DNA from: Dehalococcoidia bacterium
GTDB taxonomy: Bacteria > Chloroflexota > Dehalococcoidia > UBA2979
Length of the DNA: 64,000 nucleotides
Assembly (NCBI GenBank): GCA_965219085.1
Contig: OZ244720.1
Coordinates: forward strand, 736,001 to 800,000
Direction of reading: 5' to 3'
Positions 1 to 8,771 of this stretch are shown piece by piece. The position numbers were made by a program, and so were the translations under genes. The notes beneath the pieces were generated by a model. It ran no database searches. It was not told where the DNA came from and saw only the letters and a program-made list of their open reading frames with translations. Within the stretch, counting starts at the first letter, position 1, and each line of letters starts with the position of its first letter.

Positions 1-1109
1 CGTCGCCCGTCGTCTACGACCCCTGGGACGGCACGCACCTCAATGCCAACACCGCCGTGCTCGCGCGCTCGGGAAGCGGGAAATCGTTCGCGACCAAGCT
101 GGGCGTGCTGCGCGGGCTCTGCCGGGGCGTCACCGCCTACGTGATCGACCCCGAGGGCGAGTACGCGGACATGGCCCGCGCCGCGGGCGGACGCGTGCTC
201 TCGCCGGGCGTCGCGGGCGAGGGCATGAACCCCTTCGTCATCGACTCGGGCGATCCCGAGGAGCTGCTGCTGCGCATCGGCAGCCTCAGGCGGCTGATCG
301 AGGTGATGATCGGGGAGTCGCTCGGCGCCGAGCGGCGAGCCGCCCTCGACCACGCCCTCGCCGCCTACTACGCGCAGCCGCGCGAACGCACCGGCTTCCG
401 CGACTTCTACGCGTTCCTCAAGGGCGACGAAGCCGATGGCGACCCCGGCCTTGCCAGGCTGCTGCGGCCCTTCGCCACGGGCAGCCTCCGCCACCTGCTC
501 ACCGACGAGGGCGACGACCTGCTCAAGAGCGAAGCGCTGGTGACGGTCTTCGACCTGCGGCTGCTGGAGCCGGAGCTGCGGCCGGCCGCAGCGATGGTCT
601 GCACCGAGACGGTCTGGGCCGCCGCCGCGCGCGACCCGAAGCCGCGATTGCTGGTCGTCGACGAGGTCTGGTCGATCATGCAGCACCCCGAGGGCGCGGC
701 CTTCATGGTCTCGCTGGCGAAGCGGGCGCGGAAGCACCGGCTGGGACTGCAGTTCATTACCCAGGACGTGCAGGACCTGCTCTCCGAGGACCCCTCGCGC
801 GCGATCACCGGCCACTCGGGTCGCGCGCTGCTTCAGAACGCCGCCTTCAAGCTCCTCCTCCAGCAGGACGCCGCCGCCATCTCGACCGTCGGCGACGCCT
901 TCGACCTCCCCCAGGACCTGCAGCGCTGGCTGCTGTCGTGTCCGCGCGGCGACGGGCTCCTCCTCGCCCGCGGCAACCGCTTCCCGATCCGCATCGAGGC
1001 GACGCCCGAGGAGGCGGAGCTGATCGAGTGGCGGCCCGGCTCGCACCGGCAGGGCAGCGCGACCCCAGCGCCGCAGGAGCCGGCCGTTCCCGAACCGGGC
1101 GACCGATAG
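1..1109 (+). CDS. VirB4-like conjugation/secretion ATPase (5'-partial)
   Basis: Walker A ARSGSGKS, VIDPEGEY, Walker B LVVDEVW, RARKHRLGLQFITQD; the frame is open to the window edge. Confidence 0.85.
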   Translation, partial: SPVVYDPWDGTHLNANTAVLARSGSGKSFATKLGVLRGLCRGVTAYVIDPEGEYADMARAAGGRVLSPGVAGEGMNPFVIDSGDPEELLLRIGSLRRLIEVMIGESLGAERRAALDHALAAYYAQPRERTGFRDFYAFLKGDEADGDPGLARLLRPFATGSLRHLLTDEGDDLLKSEALVTVFDLRLLEPELRPAAAMVCTETVWAAAARDPKPRLLVVDEVWSIMQHPEGAAFMVSLAKRARKHRLGLQFITQDVQDLLSEDPSRAITGHSGRALLQNAAFKLLLQQDAAAISTVGDAFDLPQDLQRWLLSCPRGDGLLLARGNRFPIRIEATPEEAELIEWRPGSHRQGSATPAPQEPAVPEPGDR

Positions 1110-1192
1110 GGATGAGCAGGGAGGACGCAGCGATGACCAGCACGGCCCGGCCGTAACGCCAACCCGACCAACACACCGAGAGGAACACCAAG

Positions 1193-3772
1193 ATGAGACT
1201 CAACCCCTTCCGCAGAGCGACGCCCAGGCCGCCTGTCCTGCTGGCGGTGACGCCGCCGCGCTCGGGCGAGCGCACGCTGCTCGGCGTCGAGAACCTGCTC
1301 GCCTCGATCGCCGTCCCTGAACCCTTTGCCCTCGAGCTGGCCGGCGACGAGGACGGCGTCACGCTCATGGCGCGTTGCCTCGACGAGCAGGTCGTGCGCG
1401 GCCAGATCGCCACCCACTACCCGCAGGCCCGCATCCAAGCGCTGGAGCCGGAACAGGATCCCCTGCGCCTCGCCGAGGGCGAGCAAGCCTGGGGCACGAC
1501 CGTGCGCGCGAGCGGCCCCGAGTATGTCTCCCTGCGCGTCTTCCGCGACGACGACCTGCTCGACGCCGGCTCCGACCCGCTCCTCTCCCTGCTTGGCGCG
1601 CTCTCGTCGCTGCGGGAGGGCGAGCGCGTCGTCGCCCGCCTGCTGCTGCGCTCGCTCGGTCCCGACTGGTCCCAGGCCCACCAGCTCAAGGCCCACCAGC
1701 GGCCCGTGCAGGAGCCGCATGACAGCGCCTACACGAGCCAGGTCCGCCAGCACCGCAACGACGGCGTGGCGATGGCCGTCCTCGGCGCTGGCGCCATCGC
1801 CGCCATCAAGGGCTACCAGTGGTGGCAGGCTGGCGAGACCTGGAAGGCGGTCGCCCTCGGCGGCGGCATCGCCCTCACCCTCGCGGCCGCTGGCTGGGCC
1901 TGGGCGCGCTTCCAGCGCGCCCGCAACCGCATCCACGACCCGCTCCTGATCAAGGAGAAGGTCTCGCGCATCGCCTTCGACGCCGAAATCCAGATCGTCG
2001 CGATCCTGCCGGCGAAGAGCGCGAAGGACGGGAGGCGACGGGCGCGGGAGCTGCTCGAGCCGGTGGCGGCCGCCTACCGCCACTACGACCACCCCGCGGG
2101 CGCCCGCCTGCGGGCCGGGAAGGTGCGGGCCGTGGCGCCCGACCCCGCCCTGCTGCACCCTTCCGGCCCCCGGCTGCTCGGCGGGCGCAGCGTGCTCGGC
2201 GTGCGCGAGGCGGCGGCCCTCTGGCATCCGCCCGGCGCGCGCGACGAGACGCCGCTCGTGGAGCGCTCCGGCGCCAGGGTGCTGCTGCCCTCCGCCCGGG
2301 GCGTCAGGGGCGGCGCGCACGTGGGCGACACCACCGCGGGCAATCCCCGGCCCGTGCACTTCCCCGACGACCTGCTGCGCCGCCATCACTTCTACGTGGC
2401 GCGTACGCGCATGGGCAAGTCGACGCTCATGCACCACCTCGTCGTCCACAAGCTCCGCGAGAAGGCGGCGGGCCGCGACGGTGACGCGATCGTCGTCGTC
2501 GACCCACACGCCGACCTCGTGGGCGCCCTCCTCGGGCAGGTGCCCGAGTCGCTCGCCGGCCAGGTGCGCCTCGTCGACCTCGCCGCCCCGGGCGGCTACC
2601 CGGGCATCAACCTGCTCGACACGCGGGTTTTCGCCGACCGCGACCGCACCGCCGACTCGGTCGTGCGCGTGGCGAGGGGCCTCTGGGAGCAGTGGGGCCC
2701 GCGCATGCAGTCGATCCTCGAGCAGACCGTGAAGACCCTGCACGAGGCCAACGCCCACCCCGCCACCGCCGCCGACGAGCAGCACACGATCCTCGACGGC
2801 CTGCCGCTGCTCTCCGACGACGGCTTCCGCGGACACGTCCTGGAGCGGGTCTCCGACCCCTTCCTGCTCGACTGGTGGGCGCGCGACTTCGGGGGCTGGC
2901 GACGCGAGTACCGCGCCGAAGCGCTCGCGCCCGTGCAGACGCGCCTCTCCTACTACGCCTCCTCGAAGCGGGCGCGCGCCATTCTCGGTCAGCCCCGCTC
3001 CACCATCGACCTCAGGCGCACGATCCTCGACGGCGGCATCCTCTTCGTCTCCACCGCGCAGGGCACGGCAGGGCGCGACGTCGCCGCCCTCGTGGGCGCG
3101 TCGATCCTCAACCTCGTCGACGCCGTCATCCGCGAGCAGGGTGACCTGCCGCCGGAACGGCGACGCGGCGCGCTCGTCGTCGTGGACGAGATGCAGTCGA
3201 TGCCGGGCGTCGACTACGAGTCGATGCTCTCCGAGCTGGGCAAGTTCGGGGCCTCGTTCGTGCTCGCCACGCAGAGCCTCGACAAGCTCGAGGACCTCTC
3301 ACGCACGATGCGCAACACCCTGCTCGCCAACGTCGGCTGCCTCGCCGTCTTCCAGGTGGCCGGCTCCGACGCGCGCGAGCTCGTCTGGGAGCTGGACCGC
3401 GACCGCATCTCCGAGGAGGACATCGTCTCCCTGCCCGTGCACCACTGCTACGTGCGCGCCACCGTGGGAACGGAGCGCATGCCGGCCTTCTCGATGCAGG
3501 TCCTCAAGCCGGAGGAGGGCGACGCGGATGTCGCCGCGGGCATCCGCGCCGAGGCGTCCTCCTACCTCCTCACCGAGGAGGAGATCGCCGCCGGCCAGGC
3601 GGAGGGCCGCAGGCGCGTGGAGGAGTACCGCAAGGGCGTCGAGGCGCTCCGCGCCGGCGAGGCTCCCCCGGCAGCGCAGGGCGACGGCGCGTCGGTGGAC
3701 CCCGTGCGCGGGAAGCCGCGCAGCAAGCACTTCCAGCCGCCCGCCGGGGGCTCCGGGGAGGATGAGGCGTGA
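1193..3772 (+). CDS. VirD4/TraD-like type IV coupling protein (HerA/FtsK-type ATPase) with two TM segments
   Basis: ARTRMGKST, VVDPHAD, VVDEMQ, KFGASFVLATQSL motifs; hydrophobic hairpin around aa 190-240. Confidence 0.85.
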   Translation: MRLNPFRRATPRPPVLLAVTPPRSGERTLLGVENLLASIAVPEPFALELAGDEDGVTLMARCLDEQVVRGQIATHYPQARIQALEPEQDPLRLAEGEQAWGTTVRASGPEYVSLRVFRDDDLLDAGSDPLLSLLGALSSLREGERVVARLLLRSLGPDWSQAHQLKAHQRPVQEPHDSAYTSQVRQHRNDGVAMAVLGAGAIAAIKGYQWWQAGETWKAVALGGGIALTLAAAGWAWARFQRARNRIHDPLLIKEKVSRIAFDAEIQIVAILPAKSAKDGRRRARELLEPVAAAYRHYDHPAGARLRAGKVRAVAPDPALLHPSGPRLLGGRSVLGVREAAALWHPPGARDETPLVERSGARVLLPSARGVRGGAHVGDTTAGNPRPVHFPDDLLRRHHFYVARTRMGKSTLMHHLVVHKLREKAAGRDGDAIVVVDPHADLVGALLGQVPESLAGQVRLVDLAAPGGYPGINLLDTRVFADRDRTADSVVRVARGLWEQWGPRMQSILEQTVKTLHEANAHPATAADEQHTILDGLPLLSDDGFRGHVLERVSDPFLLDWWARDFGGWRREYRAEALAPVQTRLSYYASSKRARAILGQPRSTIDLRRTILDGGILFVSTAQGTAGRDVAALVGASILNLVDAVIREQGDLPPERRRGALVVVDEMQSMPGVDYESMLSELGKFGASFVLATQSLDKLEDLSRTMRNTLLANVGCLAVFQVAGSDARELVWELDRDRISEEDIVSLPVHHCYVRATVGTERMPAFSMQVLKPEEGDADVAAGIRAEASSYLLTEEEIAAGQAEGRRRVEEYRKGVEALRAGEAPPAAQGDGASVDPVRGKPRSKHFQPPAGGSGEDEA

Positions 3773-5442
3773 GGCCCGAGCGCGACCTGCCGCGGCTGCT
3801 CGCGGCCATGCCTTTCCTCGACCGGCTGGAGCTGGTCGCCGTCTCCGGCTGGTCTCGGGGCGCGGTCTACGGGAGCATCCGGGCGCTGGAGGAGGCGGGG
3901 CTCGTGGCCTCCCTCCCCCACGCCTCGGAGCTCGTTGCCCCGACGCGCCGCTACGCCCTCACTGCGGCCGGCCTGCGCCGCCTCGCCGCCGAGGAGCGCG
4001 TGGGCATGCACGAGTTACTGCGCTCGCGGCCCCTCTCGGCGCATGGGCGGCGCATCCTGCTGGAGCGGCTCGACGCCGTCGCCGTCATCTACCGGCTCGC
4101 CTCCGAGATCGCCAACCTCCACTACCCGATCCGCTTCCGCTGGTACCGGGCGATGCCGATGGACGCCGCCATCGCCCTCCCGGACGGCCGCACCGTCGCC
4201 GTCGTGCGACAGGGGCATACCGCCGATCGCACAGCCTACGCCAAGCGGCTCTGGCGGCTGCGCGAGGGGCCGCGGCCGGGCGCGTTCCTGCTGCTCGCAC
4301 CCGATGAGGTGCGCCTCCGGCACACGCGCCGGCTGATGACGGGAGCGCCCGCGCCCGCCTTCCTCGCCCTGGAGCGCGATGCGATCTCGTCAGGGCCGGG
4401 CGCCCGCATCTGGCGCACGGCGTCCGGCTCGCCCCTCCTTGGGCTCGGCGAGGTCCTGTCCCACGTCGCGGCGCGCGGCGCGTGGCCCGAGGAACAACCG
4501 CCCGCTCTGGCCTCGTTCCCGCGCGACCTGCCTGCCGATCCCCCGGGGTCCCCTGCCGACTGGATGCTCCCCGCGCTGCTCAAGCCCACCGAGAAGCGCG
4601 TCCTCGACTTGCTCTGCGACTGGCCGTGGATCACGCCCGCGCACCTCGGCGTCCTGCTCGGGCTCGGACGGTCGCGGCTCTCCGCGATCGTGCAGCGGTT
4701 GGAGGCGATGGGCCTGCTGGTCGACTCCGCTGTCGCCGGCCGCCGCCGGCTCGGCCTCAGCGACCGCGGGCTGGCGGTGCTCTCCCGGCGTGACCGCGCG
4801 TCTGTGGGCGACGCTAGAAAGCGCTGGAGCATCGCACCCCTCGATCCCGGCGCCGCCGGCTGGCGCAACGTCTCCGGCCGGCGCAGCCGCCAGCTCCTGC
4901 GCAACATCGAGCACACCGCGTCCGTGCACGCCTTCATCTCGGCGCTGGCCGAGCAGGCGCGGGCTTCCAGCTGGGAGGTCGGCGAGCTCGACCCTCCGCG
5001 CCGCGCCTCGCGGTACTTCCCCTACGACGACCGGCTGCACTCCATCCAGCCCGATGCCTTTGGGATGCTGCACCGCGGCGACGAGATTTGGCCCTTCTTC
5101 CTCGAGTGGGAGCGGCGCGCCGTGCACCCGGCCACGATGGCGGCCCGCCTCGCCCCCTACCTGCGCTACTACGCCTCCCACCGGCCCACCGACGACCACG
5201 GCGCCCGGCCGGCTGTCCTCGTCGTCTTCGACGACGAGCTCGCGGCGAACCACTTCCTGCGCGTGGCGCAGGGGGAGCTAGAGCGCGCGAGGGTCGCGGT
5301 GCCGCTGCGAGTCTCGTTCGAGCGGCTCCTGCGGGCAGAGGGGCCGCTGGGACGTGCCTGGCGCGTTCCGGGCGCGCCTCATCAACAGGCGGGGCCGCTC
5401 TCCGGCCACGCCGTCGCCTCCAGTGGGGATTCCGGGCGCTGA
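3769..5442 (+). CDS. Replication-relaxation family protein with wHTH domains
   Basis: IQPDAFG..FFLEWERR..RLAPYLRYY PD-(D/E)xK-like motif; GTGA overlap with the upstream gene. Confidence 0.7.
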   Translation: MRPERDLPRLLAAMPFLDRLELVAVSGWSRGAVYGSIRALEEAGLVASLPHASELVAPTRRYALTAAGLRRLAAEERVGMHELLRSRPLSAHGRRILLERLDAVAVIYRLASEIANLHYPIRFRWYRAMPMDAAIALPDGRTVAVVRQGHTADRTAYAKRLWRLREGPRPGAFLLLAPDEVRLRHTRRLMTGAPAPAFLALERDAISSGPGARIWRTASGSPLLGLGEVLSHVAARGAWPEEQPPALASFPRDLPADPPGSPADWMLPALLKPTEKRVLDLLCDWPWITPAHLGVLLGLGRSRLSAIVQRLEAMGLLVDSAVAGRRRLGLSDRGLAVLSRRDRASVGDARKRWSIAPLDPGAAGWRNVSGRRSRQLLRNIEHTASVHAFISALAEQARASSWEVGELDPPRRASRYFPYDDRLHSIQPDAFGMLHRGDEIWPFFLEWERRAVHPATMAARLAPYLRYYASHRPTDDHGARPAVLVVFDDELAANHFLRVAQGELERARVAVPLRVSFERLLRAEGPLGRAWRVPGAPHQQAGPLSGHAVASSGDSGR

Positions 5443-5518
5443 GGGCGGCGCGCCGTACGCTGGCCGCTGTTGGGGTCACCCGGCAGGCGGCGGGGACAGG
5501 CGCTCCCGCAATGGGACG

Positions 5519-5842
5519 CTACGCGACCGCCCGACCCGCCTCCAGGCGCTCTGCGCAGGTGGGACACACGGCGGTACTGGGCTCCCCGGCCGCCGGCAGC
5601 AGGTGATGCAGCAGCCCCAGCTCGAGGGCGAGATTGAACAGCGCGACCAAGTGCCCCTGGTCCGGTCTCGTGCCCGACCGCCAGCGCCGCACGCAGCGGG
5701 CGTTCAGGCGCAGCCGCCGCGCAAGCCCCCGCCACGACAGCCCGGCCGCCTGCAGGAAGCGCTCCAGCCGCTGCGGGAAGTCCGGCGGGAAGGGCGATGG
5801 CTCCACATGGTAGACCCACTGCTGTTGCCGACCCACGTTCAC
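5519..5842 (-). CDS. XRE-like HTH protein
   Basis: GLSWRGLARRLRLNARCVRRWRSGTRP; GTGA-coupled to the upstream ORF. Confidence 0.7.
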   Translation of the reverse strand: MNVGRQQQWVYHVEPSPFPPDFPQRLERFLQAAGLSWRGLARRLRLNARCVRRWRSGTRPDQGHLVALFNLALELGLLHHLLPAAGEPSTAVCPTCAERLEAGRAVA

Positions 5843-6096
5843 GCCGTCCCACCGCCGGAGCCAGCCGCCTCGGCATCGAGAACGGCCAGCGTCAGCCGCA
5901 TCATGGTGCACATGCCGCCTTCCGTCAGGCCCGGCCGCGGGGCCGCCTCCTCCAGCCGCTCCTCGAACGCGCACAGCTCGATCGCGAACTCGTCGGGCGA
6001 AGCGTCAGCGAGCTCGTCCATTCGCCGCACCCACGCACCAAGTTCCTCCGGGAAGGGCGGCGCGCGGAAGTCCGCGCTCCGATCTCGACGTTCCAC
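5839..6096 (-). CDS. small acidic hypothetical protein
   Basis: ORF packed between two HTH genes, with an overlapping stop/start. Confidence 0.5.
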   Translation of the reverse strand: MERRDRSADFRAPPFPEELGAWVRRMDELADASPDEFAIELCAFEERLEEAAPRPGLTEGGMCTMMRLTLAVLDAEAAGSGGGTA

Positions 6097-6101
6097 GGTT
6101 C

Positions 6102-6392
6102 CTATCTCCCCCGTCGGTATACGACGGTCACGTCCTCGCCCGTCAGGGCCGCGAGGCCCCCGGGCACGCGCATCGCCAGCCGCACCAGCGAGAGCATCGC
6201 CCCGCCGTTGGGGGCCGCCCCCTGACGCCAGCGCAGCAGCTGGCGGCTGTCCACCCCCAGCGCCACGGCCAGCCCCTCCCAGGAGAGCCCTGTCAGCTCC
6301 TTCAGCGCCGTCAGCCGCTCGACGAAGTCCTCGGGGACCAGGGCGACGCCCGGCGGAAACGACGCGACGGCCGCGGGACCTCCGCTAGACAT
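6102..6392 (-). CDS. XRE-like HTH protein (paralog of 5519-5842)
   Basis: GLSWEGLAVALGVDSRQLLRWRQGAAP. Confidence 0.7.
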   Translation of the reverse strand: MSSGGPAAVASFPPGVALVPEDFVERLTALKELTGLSWEGLAVALGVDSRQLLRWRQGAAPNGGAMLSLVRLAMRVPGGLAALTGEDVTVVYRRGR

Positions 6393-6627
6393 CGGTCCGC
6401 TCAAGGAAGAACAGTTCGTCGAACTCGGCGATCCCGAGCTCCGCCATGAGGCGCGCCCGCACCTTCGCCGAGGGGCTCCGCCTGCCGCTCATCAGCTGCG
6501 ACAGGTAGCCAGGGTTGATGCCGACGCGCCGCGCCAACTCGGTCTGGGTCATGTTGTGGCGGGCGAGGTGCTCCCACACGACCTCGGGCCTGAGCCTCAC
6601 CCGCAGCGACGGCTGCCTGCGCTTCAT
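6385..6627 (-). CDS. XRE family HTH regulator
   Basis: MTQTELARRVGINPGYLSQLMSGRRSPS. Confidence 0.85.
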   Translation of the reverse strand: MKRRQPSLRVRLRPEVVWEHLARHNMTQTELARRVGINPGYLSQLMSGRRSPSAKVRARLMAELGIAEFDELFFLERTDV

Positions 6628-6821
6628 GCCGCGTCGTCCCTCCGCGGCGGCTCGCTGCCGGCTCGAGTGTCGCAGCCGGACGTGGGCGGTTGCCCCGCCG
6701 CGCCGTCTCCGTAACCGTCGGGGTGGGCGAGGGCGTGGCGCGCGATGATGCGGGCCAGTGCCCGCAGGCCCTCGAGGCGCATTCGCTCCTGTTCGTCGGT
6801 CAGCCGCTGCTTCGTACTCAC
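6624..6821 (-). CDS. small hypothetical protein
   Basis: ATGA overlap with the HTH gene; amphipathic RLEGLRALARIIARHAL. Confidence 0.45.
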   Translation of the reverse strand: MSTKQRLTDEQERMRLEGLRALARIIARHALAHPDGYGDGAAGQPPTSGCDTRAGSEPPRRDDAA

Positions 6822-7104
6822 GCTTGGGTCCCACTGAACAACTCGCTGCCGGCACCGCGCGGGGTGACAGGCTTGTGAACCACGGGTGTACACTCGGATA
6901 GTACATCCGTTCGTTTCACGAGAGATTAGCGATTCTCGGGCGCCGAGGCAACAGTTCTGTGACCGATCCGGCCTTTTTGCAAGGAATTGCTTGCTCCGAT
7001 GTCACAACGATGTAGCTGGGACGCGGCAGGCGACCTCGATCACGCTAAGGTGAACACGCAGATGAGGAGAAGGAGGCGAGGCTAACGCATCGCGGGACCC
7101 TGGA

Positions 7105-7250
7105 GTGCAGTGCGCGATCTTGGACGGGCTGCCCATGCTCTCAGAGCCCGCGTTCCGGAAGGGGGTGCTGCGCGGCGCGCGCCTCTTGGACCCGCCAGCA
7201 ATCAGGCCGACGCCTTGGCACCCGTCCAGACCCGCCTCGCCTATCTCGGG
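7105..7250 (+). pseudogene. degenerate internal fragment of a VirD4-like gene
   Basis: ILDGLPMLSEPAFRKGVL and ADALAPVQTRLAY match ILDGLPLLSDDGFRGHVL and AEALAPVQTRLSY of 1193-3772. Confidence 0.65.
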
Positions 7251-7544
7251 ATGGGGCGGGCGGCCCCGCGCTCGCCGCGTCATGGGGTAAGCCTAGAACC
7301 CCGCGCCGCGATTTTCCCTACCCGGCATCCCTCTGACTGAACACGGCGATCTCCAGTTGGCGGGGTTTCGAGTCGGCGGCAGCCCGAAGCGCTTGGCGCG
7401 CCTGAATCTGCCGAACAGGCGCTTGACCGACCCGCAGCCCGGAACACGGGCTGACACCGAAGCACTTGCGGCATGTAGCTGGCAGCCCCCGACGCCCAGA
7501 ATTCCCCTTGCGCGGCCTTGCTCCCGCGCGAACGCCCCGCGCTC

Positions 7545-7751
7545 GAGGTGGGGCGCGGGAGGAGTAGCGGTTGCGGTCGCTACAGCTAGCGACACCTGAG
7601 TGGCGACTGGCTCGGGTGTCCGGTGCGCTGTGACGGTCGGAGGCTGACGCCTCCTGACTCGGGGCCGAGACTGTGGTCTCGCCGCCGCAGGCCGTCGCCA
7701 GTAACACCAGCGAGCAGGCGAGCCCCGGCAAGAACGATCGGCTCCCCGCAT
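7545..7751 (-). pseudogene. frameshifted lipoprotein N-terminus remnant
   Basis: lipobox-like LVLLATAC, followed in another frame by a Thr/Pro/Ala linker. Confidence 0.4.
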
Positions 7752-8039
7752 GATGGCCCACCTCCGGGTGCCCGGTCTTAGAGACCGGGCGGCACATCGC
7801 ACTGCGTGTCAAGGACCATACCGTGGACGCGTTGCACCGGGGAGAGAGTTCACCGAAGAAGCACCAGCAATGTCCGCGATGTCACACCACGTTCACTTCC
7901 AAAATGTATATCGTAACTGGCGGGTAACTCAGTTCGGGCGGCGTGAGTTCGACAGGCCGATCGCCGGGCCGGAGAAGCGGTGTGGGATCACCGGAATCCA
8001 AGAGCGGGTGCGCGGCAGACGGGCTACTCAGAGATGGTC

Positions 8040-8140
8040 CCGGCCCGGACCACGTCGTGGCGACGCTCGACAAGCGGGATGCCCTCGACGGGCTGGACGT
8101 GCTGCCGGGCTTCTCCTGCGCGGTGAGCGCCGTCGTTGGC
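8040..8140 (+). pseudogene. Uma2/DUF820 endonuclease C-terminal remnant
   Basis: TLDKRDALDGLDVLPGFSCAVSAV resembles the typical Uma2 C-terminus. Confidence 0.5.
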
Positions 8141-8180
8141 GCCCGTTCCGTCCCGGAGCGCTCTGGACACGAGCGAACGC

Positions 8181-8723
8181 ATGACCGCGGACGCGACTGA
8201 TCCGCAACTGGCGAGTCAGGGCCGACGCCTCGCCGGGGCCGTGCTCGACGGCCTGCTGTTCGTCCTCACCCTCGGTATCGGCTGGGTCATCTGGTACCTG
8301 TTCACGGCGCGCGGTGGGCAGAGCCCGGCGAAGCGGCTGCTGGGCATGCGCGTCATCCTCGATGACGGCGCGGTAGCCAGCCGGAGCTGGATGCTCATCC
8401 GCGATCTGGCAGTGCGCGTCATTGCCTTCGGCGCGGTCAACCGGGTGCTGGTCGCGGTGCTCGGTGCGGACGCGGGCGGTGCCATCTACGGGCTCGTCTT
8501 CGTCGTGGCGGCGCTGTGGTGCGTGTGGGACGCGGACCGCCAGTGCCTCTGGGACAAGATCGTGCGGACGCGCGTCGTGTACGGCCTGCGCGCCCCCGCC
8601 AGCGCCTCAGCGGGCCGCCGCAGGATCCTGCCCGACCTCCGCACTCGCTGGGATCCTCTCGACGCTTCGGCGTACACTTGTTCTGAGAGCGTACGGAACC
8701 TCGCCGATCCTGTAGGCGAGTAG
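8181..8723 (+). CDS. RDD family membrane protein
   Basis: RRLAGAVLD, GQSPAKRLLGMRV, RQCLWDKIVRTRVV. Confidence 0.85.
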   Translation: MTADATDPQLASQGRRLAGAVLDGLLFVLTLGIGWVIWYLFTARGGQSPAKRLLGMRVILDDGAVASRSWMLIRDLAVRVIAFGAVNRVLVAVLGADAGGAIYGLVFVVAALWCVWDADRQCLWDKIVRTRVVYGLRAPASASAGRRRILPDLRTRWDPLDASAYTCSESVRNLADPVGE

Positions 8724-8771
8724 CGCGGCAGGGCGGTGCCAGTCCGGCCGCGAGCCAGGGAGCACGAACCG

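Noticed and set aside
833-2836. Long antisense or alternate-frame ORFs (also 37019-40252, 25974-27944, 16399-18063)
   Set aside because: Shadow ORFs of real genes in high-GC DNA with no recognisable motifs.
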